From Elusimicrobiota bacterium (lineage in GTDB: Bacteria > Elusimicrobiota > Elusimicrobia > UBA1565): a stretch of 39,701 nucleotides of DNA. Shown in pieces: positions 30,516 to 38,758 of the stretch (positions are counted from its first letter, which is position 1; the number at the start of each line of letters is the position of its first letter). The translations under genes and the position numbers were made by a program. Below the pieces are notes generated by a model. It worked only from the letters and a program-made list of their open reading frames with translations. It was not told where the DNA came from and did not search any database. The stretch covers positions 1 through 39,701 of the forward strand of contig JBDRPD010000084.1 of the NCBI GenBank assembly GCA_043827405.1. The letters run 5' to 3'.

Positions 30516-31306
30516 TGCTCCGCGTCCTGCTGGCGGTGTCCACGATTGCCGTTCTGGCGCTCAACCGCGCCGGCATACAGCTGCGCAGCCTGCCCTTCCC
30601 TCCGCCCACGGAACTGCGCCTCGCCGCGGACGATGCGGTAACCAACGCCTCGCTGCTCACCCTGGGCATGCGCCGCCTAGCGACCGATATCATGCTCATC
30701 CGCACCATGGTGTACTACGGGACCAAGGAAGAAGAAATGTCCCTGGAGTACCGCAAACGGGTCGGATTGCTGCAGCATAAAAGCATCGAGCACGATCATA
30801 ATGACGGCCATGATCACGGGCATCATCATGGAGACGGCGGCGATCCGCGCTTCGAAAAGATCGGGTACCTCACCAGCCGCGGCGTCTACCCGGAGCTGCA
30901 GCCGAAGGGGCTGCGCATGCTGGGCATGGATCCCTACTGGAAGTACCCGGTGCTTTTCGTCGCCGGCGCCCTGGCATTCAATCAGGACCGGCCGCATGAG
31001 GCGGTGGAACTGCTGCGCGCAGCGCGCCGCTACATGCCCGATGAAGACCGCTATCTGGCCTATACCGCCGCCATCGCTTTCCACAAGAAGGGCGACATGC
31101 AGGAAGTCATCAACGAGTTGTCTCCGCTGCTGGCCGATGAAGACACCCCCACCATGATTAAAAACATGGTCGCCTACATGAACGTCCGGCTGGGCGACAA
31201 GAAGACCGCCATCCGGCTCTACAAGGAAATCCTCAACTCGCGCGATGATAGATACCATTCCGTCGCGCGCGGCGCGCTGACCAAACTAGGCGTCGCAACG
31301 AATTGA
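30515..31306 (+). CDS. Membrane-anchored TPR-like accessory protein (PilG-like) with His-rich insert
   Basis: N-terminal hydrophobic helix, LGMRRLATDIMLIRTMVYYG, DPYW, helical repeats; HDHNDGHDHGHHH segment. Confidence 0.65.
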   Translation: MLRVLLAVSTIAVLALNRAGIQLRSLPFPPPTELRLAADDAVTNASLLTLGMRRLATDIMLIRTMVYYGTKEEEMSLEYRKRVGLLQHKSIEHDHNDGHDHGHHHGDGGDPRFEKIGYLTSRGVYPELQPKGLRMLGMDPYWKYPVLFVAGALAFNQDRPHEAVELLRAARRYMPDEDRYLAYTAAIAFHKKGDMQEVINELSPLLADEDTPTMIKNMVAYMNVRLGDKKTAIRLYKEILNSRDDRYHSVARGALTKLGVATN

Positions 31307-31500
31307 TCTAAATCATATTTATCGACGTACAACCCTGTTCCCCGCATAATTCCCCGGTGCGAAATCCGCTTGCCCTATAGGTCCAAAAGGCCTGATTTCT
31401 TTGGGCCTATTTTCAAATGAATTATGCCCATGCGGCCCACGCAAATATTCAGTCCATGGCCTAATATATCGTCATGGACGCATTGATGAGGGAACAAAAT

Positions 31501-34500
31501 ATGGCGAACCTCGAAAATATCGGAAAGAAATCTTTGGCCGCCGCGTTATCCTTGGCGCTCTTATGCACCTCGGCGTTCTCGCCGGCCTGGGCCGTCTACA
31601 GCGTGCCCACCAGCGTCGGCAACGCGAATATCGGCAGCAGTGCGCGCGTCGGCGCCGCCGGAGCCGGCGCCCAGCTCCTCAATATCGGCCAAATCCAAAC
31701 CTCCAATGTCGGCTCCCGCCTCTCCCTCGGCGGCACGCTGACCGGAGTGGAAAACCTGCAGGTGGCAGAGACCCGGCACGAGATCGCCCCCCAGCAGCTG
31801 GCGCCGGTCGTTGAGCGCCACCCGGTTCTCAATATCGTCAACGACCTGCAGAAAGCCGGCATCCAGATTCAGAACATGCCGAGCAGCGCCGAAGAGTACC
31901 AGGCATTGGAAGATGCGATCCAGCGCAACGTCCCCGAAGGCCGCGCCAAAGTCAATATGCTGGCCTTCGCCAAGTCGCTTTCCATGGGCGGCGCCGGGCA
32001 CTCCAAGATGGCCGAAGCTTTCGACGGCGGCATGCGCGACGGCAAATACGTCATGCCGGTGACCGAGACCGCCAGCCCAACAGGCTTCTGGAACTGGATG
32101 TCGCACCGCAAGCGCGGCTGGTTCGGCTTGAAAAAGTATGCCGCGGAAAAAACGGAAACGCAGCGCAGGAAGGCTCCTCTTATCAACAAGGATGCCCTCA
32201 GGGTCCCGATCGAGAGGCTGCGCTGGGTCCCAGATGCCAAGGATTTGCCGGAGAAGCTGACCGATCTCAAGGGCGGCAAAAGCGGTATCGTCGGCCAGGA
32301 CCGGGCGCTCAAATCCATCGATTTCGGTCTCGAGATGGATGATCCCAGATACAACCTGATCGTCACCGGCGCCGACGGCACCGGCCGCGAGACGGCCCTG
32401 CGCTATGCGCTGGCCAAGCTCGCGCCCACTAAGGAGACCCCGCCCGACATCGTCTCAGCGACCAACTTCAGAGACCCCAGCAGCCCCATTATGCTGACCC
32501 TGGCGCCGGGCAGCGGCCGCGCCTTCCAGGGCGCCGTACGGCAGGTTATCGGCACGCTGAAGCAGACTTTACCGCAGCACCTCATGAGCGGCCCCGTAGC
32601 CGAGAAGATGGAACAGATGCATGAAGCGGTCGCGCAGGCCAAAGACGAGGCGCTGGCGAAGTTTGACGCCGAGGTAGACAAGGTTAAGAGCGGGCGCTAC
32701 GGCATCCGCTTTATCGACCAGGGCAAGGGGCGCTTCGCCGTCGCCGTAACCATCGACGGCAAGGCCGTAACCCCCGAGCAGCTCGACGCCATCATTGAAA
32801 AGGACGCCAATGACGATTCGGTAACCGACAAGGTCACGATGGAGAAGTTCGAAGCGGTCCAGAAGGAACTGGGCGGCGAGATCAAGCGCTTCGGCAAGCA
32901 GCTGCAGTCCGTTATGTCGCAGCTCGCCCAGATGGAAGGCCAGGTCCAGCAGCAGATGATGCAGCTGCAGTCCCAGGTCGTCCAGCAAATCCTGCAGCAA
33001 GTCGGCCAGACCCTGCTGCCGTTCACGCAGGACGAGGCGCACGCGGCTTTCGCCAAGCGGGCACTGCAGCGAAAAATGGCGCTCGACAAAGAAATATCCG
33101 AGATCGTCATTCTCGAGAAGTTCGGCCTGGAAATCAATATCGACGGCGGGAAGCTGATGGCCGCGCCGACTTGGACCGACCCGGCCATGGCCGAGAAGAT
33201 CAAAGGCATGGGCCCCCTGGCGCAGGCGCTCGGCCTCGGCGGAGGCGCGCAGGCGATCAGCGAGAAGGAATTCAATCAGCTCAAGGAAGCCGGCCAGCTG
33301 CCGGCAGATCTCACCTGGAAGCAGCTCTCGGCGGCGGTGGTCGCCAAGGCGAAGGAATTCCTCCCGAAGTTCCAGGCCATGGGCAAGGAGAACCAACAGG
33401 ACCAGGAGTCTCTCCCTCAACCCACTCCGGAAAGCCGCAAGGTGCTGGCCTACGTGAAGTCGATGCTCAATCACATGGGGCAGGCCTATCCGATCTTCAT
33501 GCCGCGGCAGAGCGACGAGACGAATTCCGAGCAGGAGCCGATCACGCCGGAGAAGCTCTACAAGGTGAGCGTGCTGACTTCCAATAAGCCCGGAGCCGGC
33601 GCGCCGGTAATCTTCGAGCACAACCCGAGCTTCCAGAAGCTCTTCGGCGCGGCCAATGACGCCAGCACCATCGGCCAGAAGAACGGGATGATGATCAAGA
33701 TGCAGACGCCGGGCGGCCCCAACCTGGAGGCGGGCTCCTTCATCAAGGCCAACGGCGGCTATCTGGTCCTCGACATGATGACCGTCCTGCGCGAGCCGGG
33801 CGTCTATCAGGCTTTGATGCAGATGATCCGCAACGGCCGGGCCGTTATCAGCGAAGGCGGCGCGATGAGCATGGTCACGCAGCAGGGCGACCAGTACGAG
33901 GTCCCGGCCAAGGTCAAGGTGATCCTGATCGGCTCCCCTCACCTGAAGATGCTGCTGAGCAGCCACGACGAGGACTTCGCCGGGCTGTTCCGCTCGGTCG
34001 CGGAGTTCGAGCATTCGCTGGAGATCGGAGCCGAGGCGATGACAGGCTACCTCTCCTTCATGCGCACCATGGTCGAGCAGAGCGCGGGCAAGATCATGGA
34101 CTTCGCCAAGGGCGCGATCAGCGGCGTCTTTGAGATGGCGGCGCAGCTGGCGGAAAGCAACGTCGAGATGACCGCGCAGTTCGGCGCCATGCGCGGCCTC
34201 ATGCTGGAAGCCACCTACTGGGCCAAGAAGAACGGCCACGATATCGTAGAGCGCACGGACCTCGATCAGGCCGTCAGCGAGCGCGTCGAGCGCGTCGGCG
34301 GCATGCGGGAGCGGATCAAGAAGATGTACACCTCGGATTCCTTCCACATCGCCATCGAGGGCAAAGAGATCGGCCAAATCAACGGCCTCGCGGTGATGGG
34401 CGACTTCGGCGTCCCCGCCCGCATTACCTTCGAGAACCGCGTCCGGCCGGGAGCCGACTTCGTCGTCTCAGCCGACCAGATCGCGCACGCCACGGGCGGC

Positions 34501-35031
34501 AGCTTCGACAAGTCGCTGGCCAACATCAAGGGCTTCATGGGCAAGCTCCTGGGCCGCAACCGCACGGTACCGTTGGAGGTCTCGATCTCCTTCGAGCAGA
34601 ACTACGGCGGCATCGACGGCGACTCGGCCACCCAGACCATGATCTACGGCATCATATCGTCGCTCTCCGACACGCCGATCAACCAGGGCATCGCCATCAC
34701 CGGCTCGGCCGACCAGAAGGGCAACGTGCAGGTCATCGGCGGCGTCAACCACAAGATCGAAGGCTACTTCGACGTGGTCACCGAGAAGCTCAAGCGGGAA
34801 GGCCGCACGATGGAGGGCAAGCAGGGGATCATCATCCCTTCCGGCAACGTCAAGGACCTGATGCTCCGCCCCGACATCGTCGAGGCGGTCCGCCAGGGCA
34901 AGTTCAACATCTACGCGGTTGATCATATCAGCCAGGGCGTGGAGCTCCTGATGGACACGCCTTACTCCGAGGTGCTCAAGAAGGCCAACGAGCGCATCGA
35001 CCAGGTATGGGCGTCGGCCAAGGGCAAGTAA
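31501..35031 (+). CDS. LonC/LonB-like S16 protease with N-terminal signal peptide and extension
   Basis: IVGQDRAL, degenerate Walker A GADGTGRET, GAPVIFEHNPS, GSFIKANGGYL, KVILIG, GQINGLAV, FEQNYGGIDGDSA (Ser) and GGVNHKIEGYF (Lys); ATG 31501 with GAGGGA RBS. Confidence 0.9.
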   Translation: MANLENIGKKSLAAALSLALLCTSAFSPAWAVYSVPTSVGNANIGSSARVGAAGAGAQLLNIGQIQTSNVGSRLSLGGTLTGVENLQVAETRHEIAPQQLAPVVERHPVLNIVNDLQKAGIQIQNMPSSAEEYQALEDAIQRNVPEGRAKVNMLAFAKSLSMGGAGHSKMAEAFDGGMRDGKYVMPVTETASPTGFWNWMSHRKRGWFGLKKYAAEKTETQRRKAPLINKDALRVPIERLRWVPDAKDLPEKLTDLKGGKSGIVGQDRALKSIDFGLEMDDPRYNLIVTGADGTGRETALRYALAKLAPTKETPPDIVSATNFRDPSSPIMLTLAPGSGRAFQGAVRQVIGTLKQTLPQHLMSGPVAEKMEQMHEAVAQAKDEALAKFDAEVDKVKSGRYGIRFIDQGKGRFAVAVTIDGKAVTPEQLDAIIEKDANDDSVTDKVTMEKFEAVQKELGGEIKRFGKQLQSVMSQLAQMEGQVQQQMMQLQSQVVQQILQQVGQTLLPFTQDEAHAAFAKRALQRKMALDKEISEIVILEKFGLEINIDGGKLMAAPTWTDPAMAEKIKGMGPLAQALGLGGGAQAISEKEFNQLKEAGQLPADLTWKQLSAAVVAKAKEFLPKFQAMGKENQQDQESLPQPTPESRKVLAYVKSMLNHMGQAYPIFMPRQSDETNSEQEPITPEKLYKVSVLTSNKPGAGAPVIFEHNPSFQKLFGAANDASTIGQKNGMMIKMQTPGGPNLEAGSFIKANGGYLVLDMMTVLREPGVYQALMQMIRNGRAVISEGGAMSMVTQQGDQYEVPAKVKVILIGSPHLKMLLSSHDEDFAGLFRSVAEFEHSLEIGAEAMTGYLSFMRTMVEQSAGKIMDFAKGAISGVFEMAAQLAESNVEMTAQFGAMRGLMLEATYWAKKNGHDIVERTDLDQAVSERVERVGGMRERIKKMYTSDSFHIAIEGKEIGQINGLAVMGDFGVPARITFENRVRPGADFVVSADQIAHATGGSFDKSLANIKGFMGKLLGRNRTVPLEVSISFEQNYGGIDGDSATQTMIYGIISSLSDTPINQGIAITGSADQKGNVQVIGGVNHKIEGYFDVVTEKLKREGRTMEGKQGIIIPSGNVKDLMLRPDIVEAVRQGKFNIYAVDHISQGVELLMDTPYSEVLKKANERIDQVWASAKGK

Positions 35032-35052
35032 GCCGCTAAGAGTTCTAATAAA

Positions 35053-35084
35053 ACCCCCGGCCGCGAGGCCGGGGGTCTTTCTTT
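35053..35084 (+). terminator. Rho-independent terminator
   Basis: ACCCCCGGCC-GCGA-GGCCGGGGGT stem-loop followed by CTTTCTTT, just after the LonC-like gene stop. Confidence 0.9.
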
Positions 35085-35122
35085 GACGGAACTTATCATC
35101 TCTCTGATCGTAATATGTTAAT

Positions 35123-35545
35123 ATGAGGAACAACCGTGATGGTTGCGGTAATATCCGGCGTAGCTCAGCGGTAGAGCAATCGGCTGTGAGCAAGCGCCGG
35201 CGTGACGCTCGAACGTACCGCTCACGTGCCGAATACCTAAAGCGTAAGGTTTCGGAGCGGCGGAAAAGACTGAGACGGCAGTCAATTGATCATCTTGGCG
35301 GCCGCTGCGCAGTCTGCGGTTATGTCCGATGCGACGGAGCCTTGGAGTTTCATCACCGGGATGCGGCAGCGAAGAAATTCGGCATCTCGAAGTCCGGGGT
35401 AACGCGTTCTTGGCGGAAGATCGCGTCAGAGTTGGACAAATGCGTCCTGCTTTGCGCGAATTGTCACCGGGAGATTCACGCCGGCATAACGCAGCTTCCA
35501 CCGGCAACGGTGGTTGAAAAATCGGGTGAATTCAGGGAAGCCTAA
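35123..35545 (+). CDS. Intron-encoded HNH (putative homing) endonuclease
   Basis: LGGRCAVCGY..C..ALEFHHRD...KF.IS...ELDKCVLLCANCHREIH zinc-binding HNH motif with a basic N-terminus. Start is either ATG 35123 (upstream of the tRNA) or GTG 35186 (spanning the splice site). Confidence 0.88.
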   Translation: MRNNRDGCGNIRRSSAVEQSAVSKRRRDARTYRSRAEYLKRKVSERRKRLRRQSIDHLGGRCAVCGYVRCDGALEFHHRDAAAKKFGISKSGVTRSWRKIASELDKCVLLCANCHREIHAGITQLPPATVVEKSGEFREA

Positions 35546-35749
35546 ACCGGCGACGGCAAGGTAATCCTGAGCCAAGCCCCTCGAATCGAGGGGAAGGTGC
35601 AGAGACTAGAGCGAAAGCTCGTACCTCGGACATGTTCCGCGGGAAGCGCCCGACACCCCTCGTGGGTGATGATATAGTCCAAGCCTCGGTGAAAGCCGAG
35701 GGGTCTTGTAACCGATGGGTCGTAGGTTCGAATCCTACCGCCGGAGCCA
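35154..35749 (+). tRNA. tRNA-Asn(GTT), split by an intron (exons 35154-35187 and 35709-35749)
   Basis: Joined exons give TCCGGCGTAGCTCAGCGGTAGAGCAATCGGCTGT|TAACCGATGGGTCGTAGGTTCGAATCCTACCGCCGGAGCCA: fully paired acceptor (TCCGGCG/CGCCGGA), anticodon stem ATCGG/CCGAT, loop CT-GTT-AA, G73 and encoded CCA. Confidence 0.95.
35188..35708 (+). ncRNA. Group I self-splicing intron (IC3-like core), 521 nt, at tRNA position 35/36
   Basis: Exon ends in U and intron ends in G. P1 is GGCTGT paired with GCAGCT (35491-35496, U.G at the splice site). P2 is CCACCG-GCAA-CGGTGG. P3 is TCGGGTG(35522)/CGCCCGA(35647). P is GAATTCAGGGAA, Q is AATCCTGAGC(35563), R is GGTGCAGAGACTAGA(35596), S is GATATAGTCC(35671). 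P7 is GACTA/TAGTC and P9 is CCTCGGT-GAAA-GCCGAGG. Confidence 0.93.
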
Positions 35750-37378
35750 ATTTGTACCTAGCGGGTAACCAGAGGTTTGGGCCGCTAGCAGTTCGGAGGA
35801 AACCTTTCCGAGGGTTTTCTCGTCGAGAACCGGGGTCTTTTTAGACCCCGGTTTTTGCTTAGGTGGGGCTGTTAACGGAAGGGTAAAAACGACTTTTGCC
35901 TCCAGCTTTCCGCTAACCACAATCTCCCTTACAAGGCACTGCATCAACAGGCGTTTGCGGCTCGGACGCCAGCTTTCAAAACTGTCCAAGGCCTTCAGCA
36001 AGGTCGCGGATACCCCCTCGGCCTTGGCGTCCTCACCCGCGAGGTCCCGCAAGCGCGAGTCGATTCCCGCCAGCCGACCGCGCAGCTCCTTGGCCCTATC
36101 GATCTGCTCCTCGATCTCCCGGCTGACCTCGGCGGAGACTTCCTTGCTGGGAACGTTCTCCACCATCCAACGGACCTTGTCCGCTTTCGACCGCTCGACC
36201 GCCTCCAGGCGCTTTTGCAGCGCCTTGCGCTCGTCTGAGAGCCTCTTGGCGGCTCCCTGGCACTCCTTGCGATGCTTGCGCAGGTACTGCTCGATCACTT
36301 TAGGATGGCGGGCTATCTCCTTGATCTCATGCGTGATGGAGTCCTCAAGGGCTCTGGCCGGGACGTACTTCATGTCGCAAGAGCCGTTCCTTCTCCTGGA
36401 AGCGCAGGCATAGTAATACTTCCCCTTTCCCTTGCCGGTCGTCATCTTCTTGCCGCAGCGCCCGCATTTGACCAAGCCGGTAAGGATGTTGGGACTGTGG
36501 AGCGCTTCGGAGGATATCGCGGTCCTTGCTTTGAGCATTTCCTGCGTCCGCTGAAAAAGCTCCTCGCTGATTATGACTTCATGCCGGGCCTTGACCGGCT
36601 TCCCGTCCATTATCATGAACCCGGCATAGACGGGATTGGTAAGCATCTGCCAAACCGTGGTGTTCTGCCAGCCCGTCTTCCGCCGACGGGTGGTCTTGTC
36701 CTCTTTCCGCATGGTCCTGGTGATCAGCTTGACCCCGATGTTTTCCTCGGTCAGCAGCCGGAAGACGCGCCGGACAAAAGGCACTTCTTCTGGCCGTACC
36801 TCCAGCACCCCATCCTTTGAGACCCGATAGCCGAAAGGCGGGAGACCGTTCCATTTCCCTTCTTTCAAGCGGCGGCGAAGCCCCATTCGAGTCCTCTCCC
36901 CGATCAGCTCCCGCTCGAACTGCGCGAAGGACCCCAGCATGTTGAACAGAAGCTTGCCGGGAGGCGTGGTCGTATCGAAGGGCTCGGTGATGGACCGGAT
37001 GCCGACGTCGATGCGCTCGAACATTTCCCCCAGCGAAACGAGGTCGCTCAGTTTGCGGGAAAAACGGTCGAGCTTGAAGACCAGAACGAGGTCGAACTTC
37101 TTTTTCCTGGCGTCCTCCAAGAGACGCCGCATGGCCGGGCGGTTGAGGTCCTTTCCCGAATAGCCGTCGTCCACATAGGCCGGCAGGAGAATCCATTTAT
37201 TGAATTGCGCCGTGCCCTCCAGCTTCTCGATCTGCGCCGCGATGGAGTAGCCCGTCTTGGCCTGCTCCTCGGTCGAGACGCGCACGTAGACGGCGGCGCG
37301 GAGGACCTTCTGCTTATCCTCCGAGTCGTTCGAGGAGCGCTTGCGGAAAGCTATGGGTGAGCGGCGTTTGCGTACCAT
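35735..37378 (-). CDS. Large serine recombinase (integrase)
   Basis: YVRVST catalytic Ser, DDGYSG...RPAM, KLDRFSR, AQFERELIGER, PFGY recombinase domain, CGRCG/YYAC zinc ribbon, coiled coil. Confidence 0.95.
   Translation of the reverse strand: MVRKRRSPIAFRKRSSNDSEDKQKVLRAAVYVRVSTEEQAKTGYSIAAQIEKLEGTAQFNKWILLPAYVDDGYSGKDLNRPAMRRLLEDARKKKFDLVLVFKLDRFSRKLSDLVSLGEMFERIDVGIRSITEPFDTTTPPGKLLFNMLGSFAQFERELIGERTRMGLRRRLKEGKWNGLPPFGYRVSKDGVLEVRPEEVPFVRRVFRLLTEENIGVKLITRTMRKEDKTTRRRKTGWQNTTVWQMLTNPVYAGFMIMDGKPVKARHEVIISEELFQRTQEMLKARTAISSEALHSPNILTGLVKCGRCGKKMTTGKGKGKYYYACASRRRNGSCDMKYVPARALEDSITHEIKEIARHPKVIEQYLRKHRKECQGAAKRLSDERKALQKRLEAVERSKADKVRWMVENVPSKEVSAEVSREIEEQIDRAKELRGRLAGIDSRLRDLAGEDAKAEGVSATLLKALDSFESWRPSRKRLLMQCLVREIVVSGKLEAKVVFTLPLTAPPKQKPGSKKTPVLDEKTLGKVSSELLAAQTSGYPLGTNWLRR
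35828..35856 (+). terminator. Hairpin, likely terminator of the tRNA-Asn transcript, embedded in the integrase CDS
   Basis: AACCGGGGTCT-TTTT-AGACCCCGGTT followed by TTT, about 80 nt downstream of the tRNA CCA. Confidence 0.65.
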
Positions 37379-37384
37379 AAAGTT

Positions 37385-37876
37385 TTATGCGTGGTGCAGC
37401 GCGTCCTCCCTTGTACGGACAAAGGCCAGGGCGTCCTCTTCCCGGATAAGCGACAGCCGCCCCACCCTCCGCGCGCGCAGACGCCCCGTGCGGATAGCCT
37501 TGCGGACCCCTTCGCGGGTGCAGCCTGCCATTTTCGCGACCTCTCCGGTCGTATGCTCCTTTTGCTCCCCCTCATCGGTAGAGAAACCCTCGACGACCTC
37601 CTCCTGCACGAGGTAGCCCTGCCGGATGCCGATCCGCTTGGACATATCCTCGCAGACCTGGTAGAGGGGCGTCTTGGAAAGAGGCCTTCCCAGGCGCTTG
37701 ACGTGAGCATGCAGGGGTGTGGAGGGAGCCATATACAAGTTCTCGAAATCCAGGTAGCTTACGCCCTCCTTCACCTTCTGCGTCAGCTTGCCGAGGACCC
37801 TGCGTTCCTCGACCGTAAGCTTCGCCAGGGATAACTGCGTCCCTTCCAGCGTCGTATATGCGCTCTTTCTCCCCAT
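37385..37876 (-). CDS. Protein with C-terminal excisionase-like HTH domain
   Basis: HTTGEVAKMAGCTREGVRKAIRTGRLRARRVGRLSLIREED; start MGRKSAY at 37876 with GGAG RBS; immediately upstream of the integrase. Confidence 0.8.
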   Translation of the reverse strand: MGRKSAYTTLEGTQLSLAKLTVEERRVLGKLTQKVKEGVSYLDFENLYMAPSTPLHAHVKRLGRPLSKTPLYQVCEDMSKRIGIRQGYLVQEEVVEGFSTDEGEQKEHTTGEVAKMAGCTREGVRKAIRTGRLRARRVGRLSLIREEDALAFVRTREDALHHA

Positions 37877-37895
37877 CTCAGCGGGCTCCATATTT

Positions 37896-37924
37896 AGTGT
37901 AACAGGAGGGTTATTGTTTGTCAA
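37896..37924 (-). promoter_or_regulatory. Sigma70-type promoter for HTH-integrase operon
   Basis: Minus strand TTGACA-17 bp-TACACT with extended -10 TG. Confidence 0.75.
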
Positions 37925-37959
37925 CCCATTGGTTTGCATGTGTCCGCCATCCATTTCCG

Positions 37960-38592
37960 TCACTCGCCCGCCGGGTCGCAGACGAAAACCCCCTCCCCTC
38001 TGACCGACAGATATATGATCTCCTGATCGCATTCCCTGCCTCCGTCGAATATCTCGTCCTTGATGAATCGCTCGACGCCGCTGACAACATCATCTGAACA
38101 GCAGTCGAAGATGAACATGTATGAAGCGTCTCTATCGAGCCGCCTTGAGGACACTTTCGGCAGCCATTCGCCGTAGACAAGAGCGACCTCATGCGACAGC
38201 CTTTTCCCGAGAGCCTTCCGAATCCCAGCCCACCGCTCCCGGGAGAACAGCGGACGCCGATAGCCCGACTCGTCTCTATTGGCGAGTTTCGGAACAAGGA
38301 AGAAGGCTCGATCGCTCCGCGGCCCCTTGGATGCGGCGATTAAGCCCGGTCTTTTGCAGCCCCATTCATCAGCCAAGCGTGCCAAGGCTGATTCCAAAAC
38401 GCGCACGCTTGTCTCATCAGGCAGCGCCACGATATAGCCGGTCCCATCCCCCGGCAGCAGGTCGGTCAGCGCTCCGGGACGGATCTCGGTGAACCCGCCG
38501 GCGAGCGCCAGCAGACAGTCCCGCAAGCGCCGGACCTTGCCGTGATCCCGCTCAGGATCAAGACCGCGAAAGCGGAAGTCGAATTCCTTCAT
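37960..38592 (-). CDS. Hypothetical protein
   Basis: Open frame co-oriented with the element genes; probable start MKEFDF at 38592 (track 38622). Confidence 0.6.
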   Translation of the reverse strand: MKEFDFRFRGLDPERDHGKVRRLRDCLLALAGGFTEIRPGALTDLLPGDGTGYIVALPDETSVRVLESALARLADEWGCKRPGLIAASKGPRSDRAFFLVPKLANRDESGYRRPLFSRERWAGIRKALGKRLSHEVALVYGEWLPKVSSRRLDRDASYMFIFDCCSDDVVSGVERFIKDEIFDGGRECDQEIIYLSVRGEGVFVCDPAGE

Positions 38593-38758
38593 TGTGTTCT
38601 GAGAACGTTCCATTCTTTTCAACCTCGATCATAGGCCTCCTGCAAAGGGACGCGAAAATGGCGATAGCCTGCTCCCGCTGGGATCGTTCCGCCAGTACGT
38701 ATTCCACTTCGAGCCGCATGACTTGAGGAGGCTTCTCGCGGCGACTTCGGCGCTTCAT
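38558..38758 (-). CDS. Small hypothetical protein
   Basis: ATG overlaps the upstream TGA stop (ATGA coupling at 38755-38758); G-rich RBS upstream. Confidence 0.45.
   Translation of the reverse strand: MKRRSRREKPPQVMRLEVEYVLAERSQREQAIAIFASLCRRPMIEVEKNGTFSEHNEGIRLPLSRS

Noticed and set aside
35083..35088. TTGACG as the -35 for the tRNA-Asn promoter
   Set aside because: Spacing to the TAATAT hexamer at 35111 is 22 bp, too long for a canonical pair, so the promoter assignment is left uncertain.
35532..35750. ORF MAPAVGFEPTT... and the overlapping plus-strand ORF 35632-35844
   Set aside because: These are antisense and sense read-throughs of the tRNA 3' exon and intron core, not proteins.
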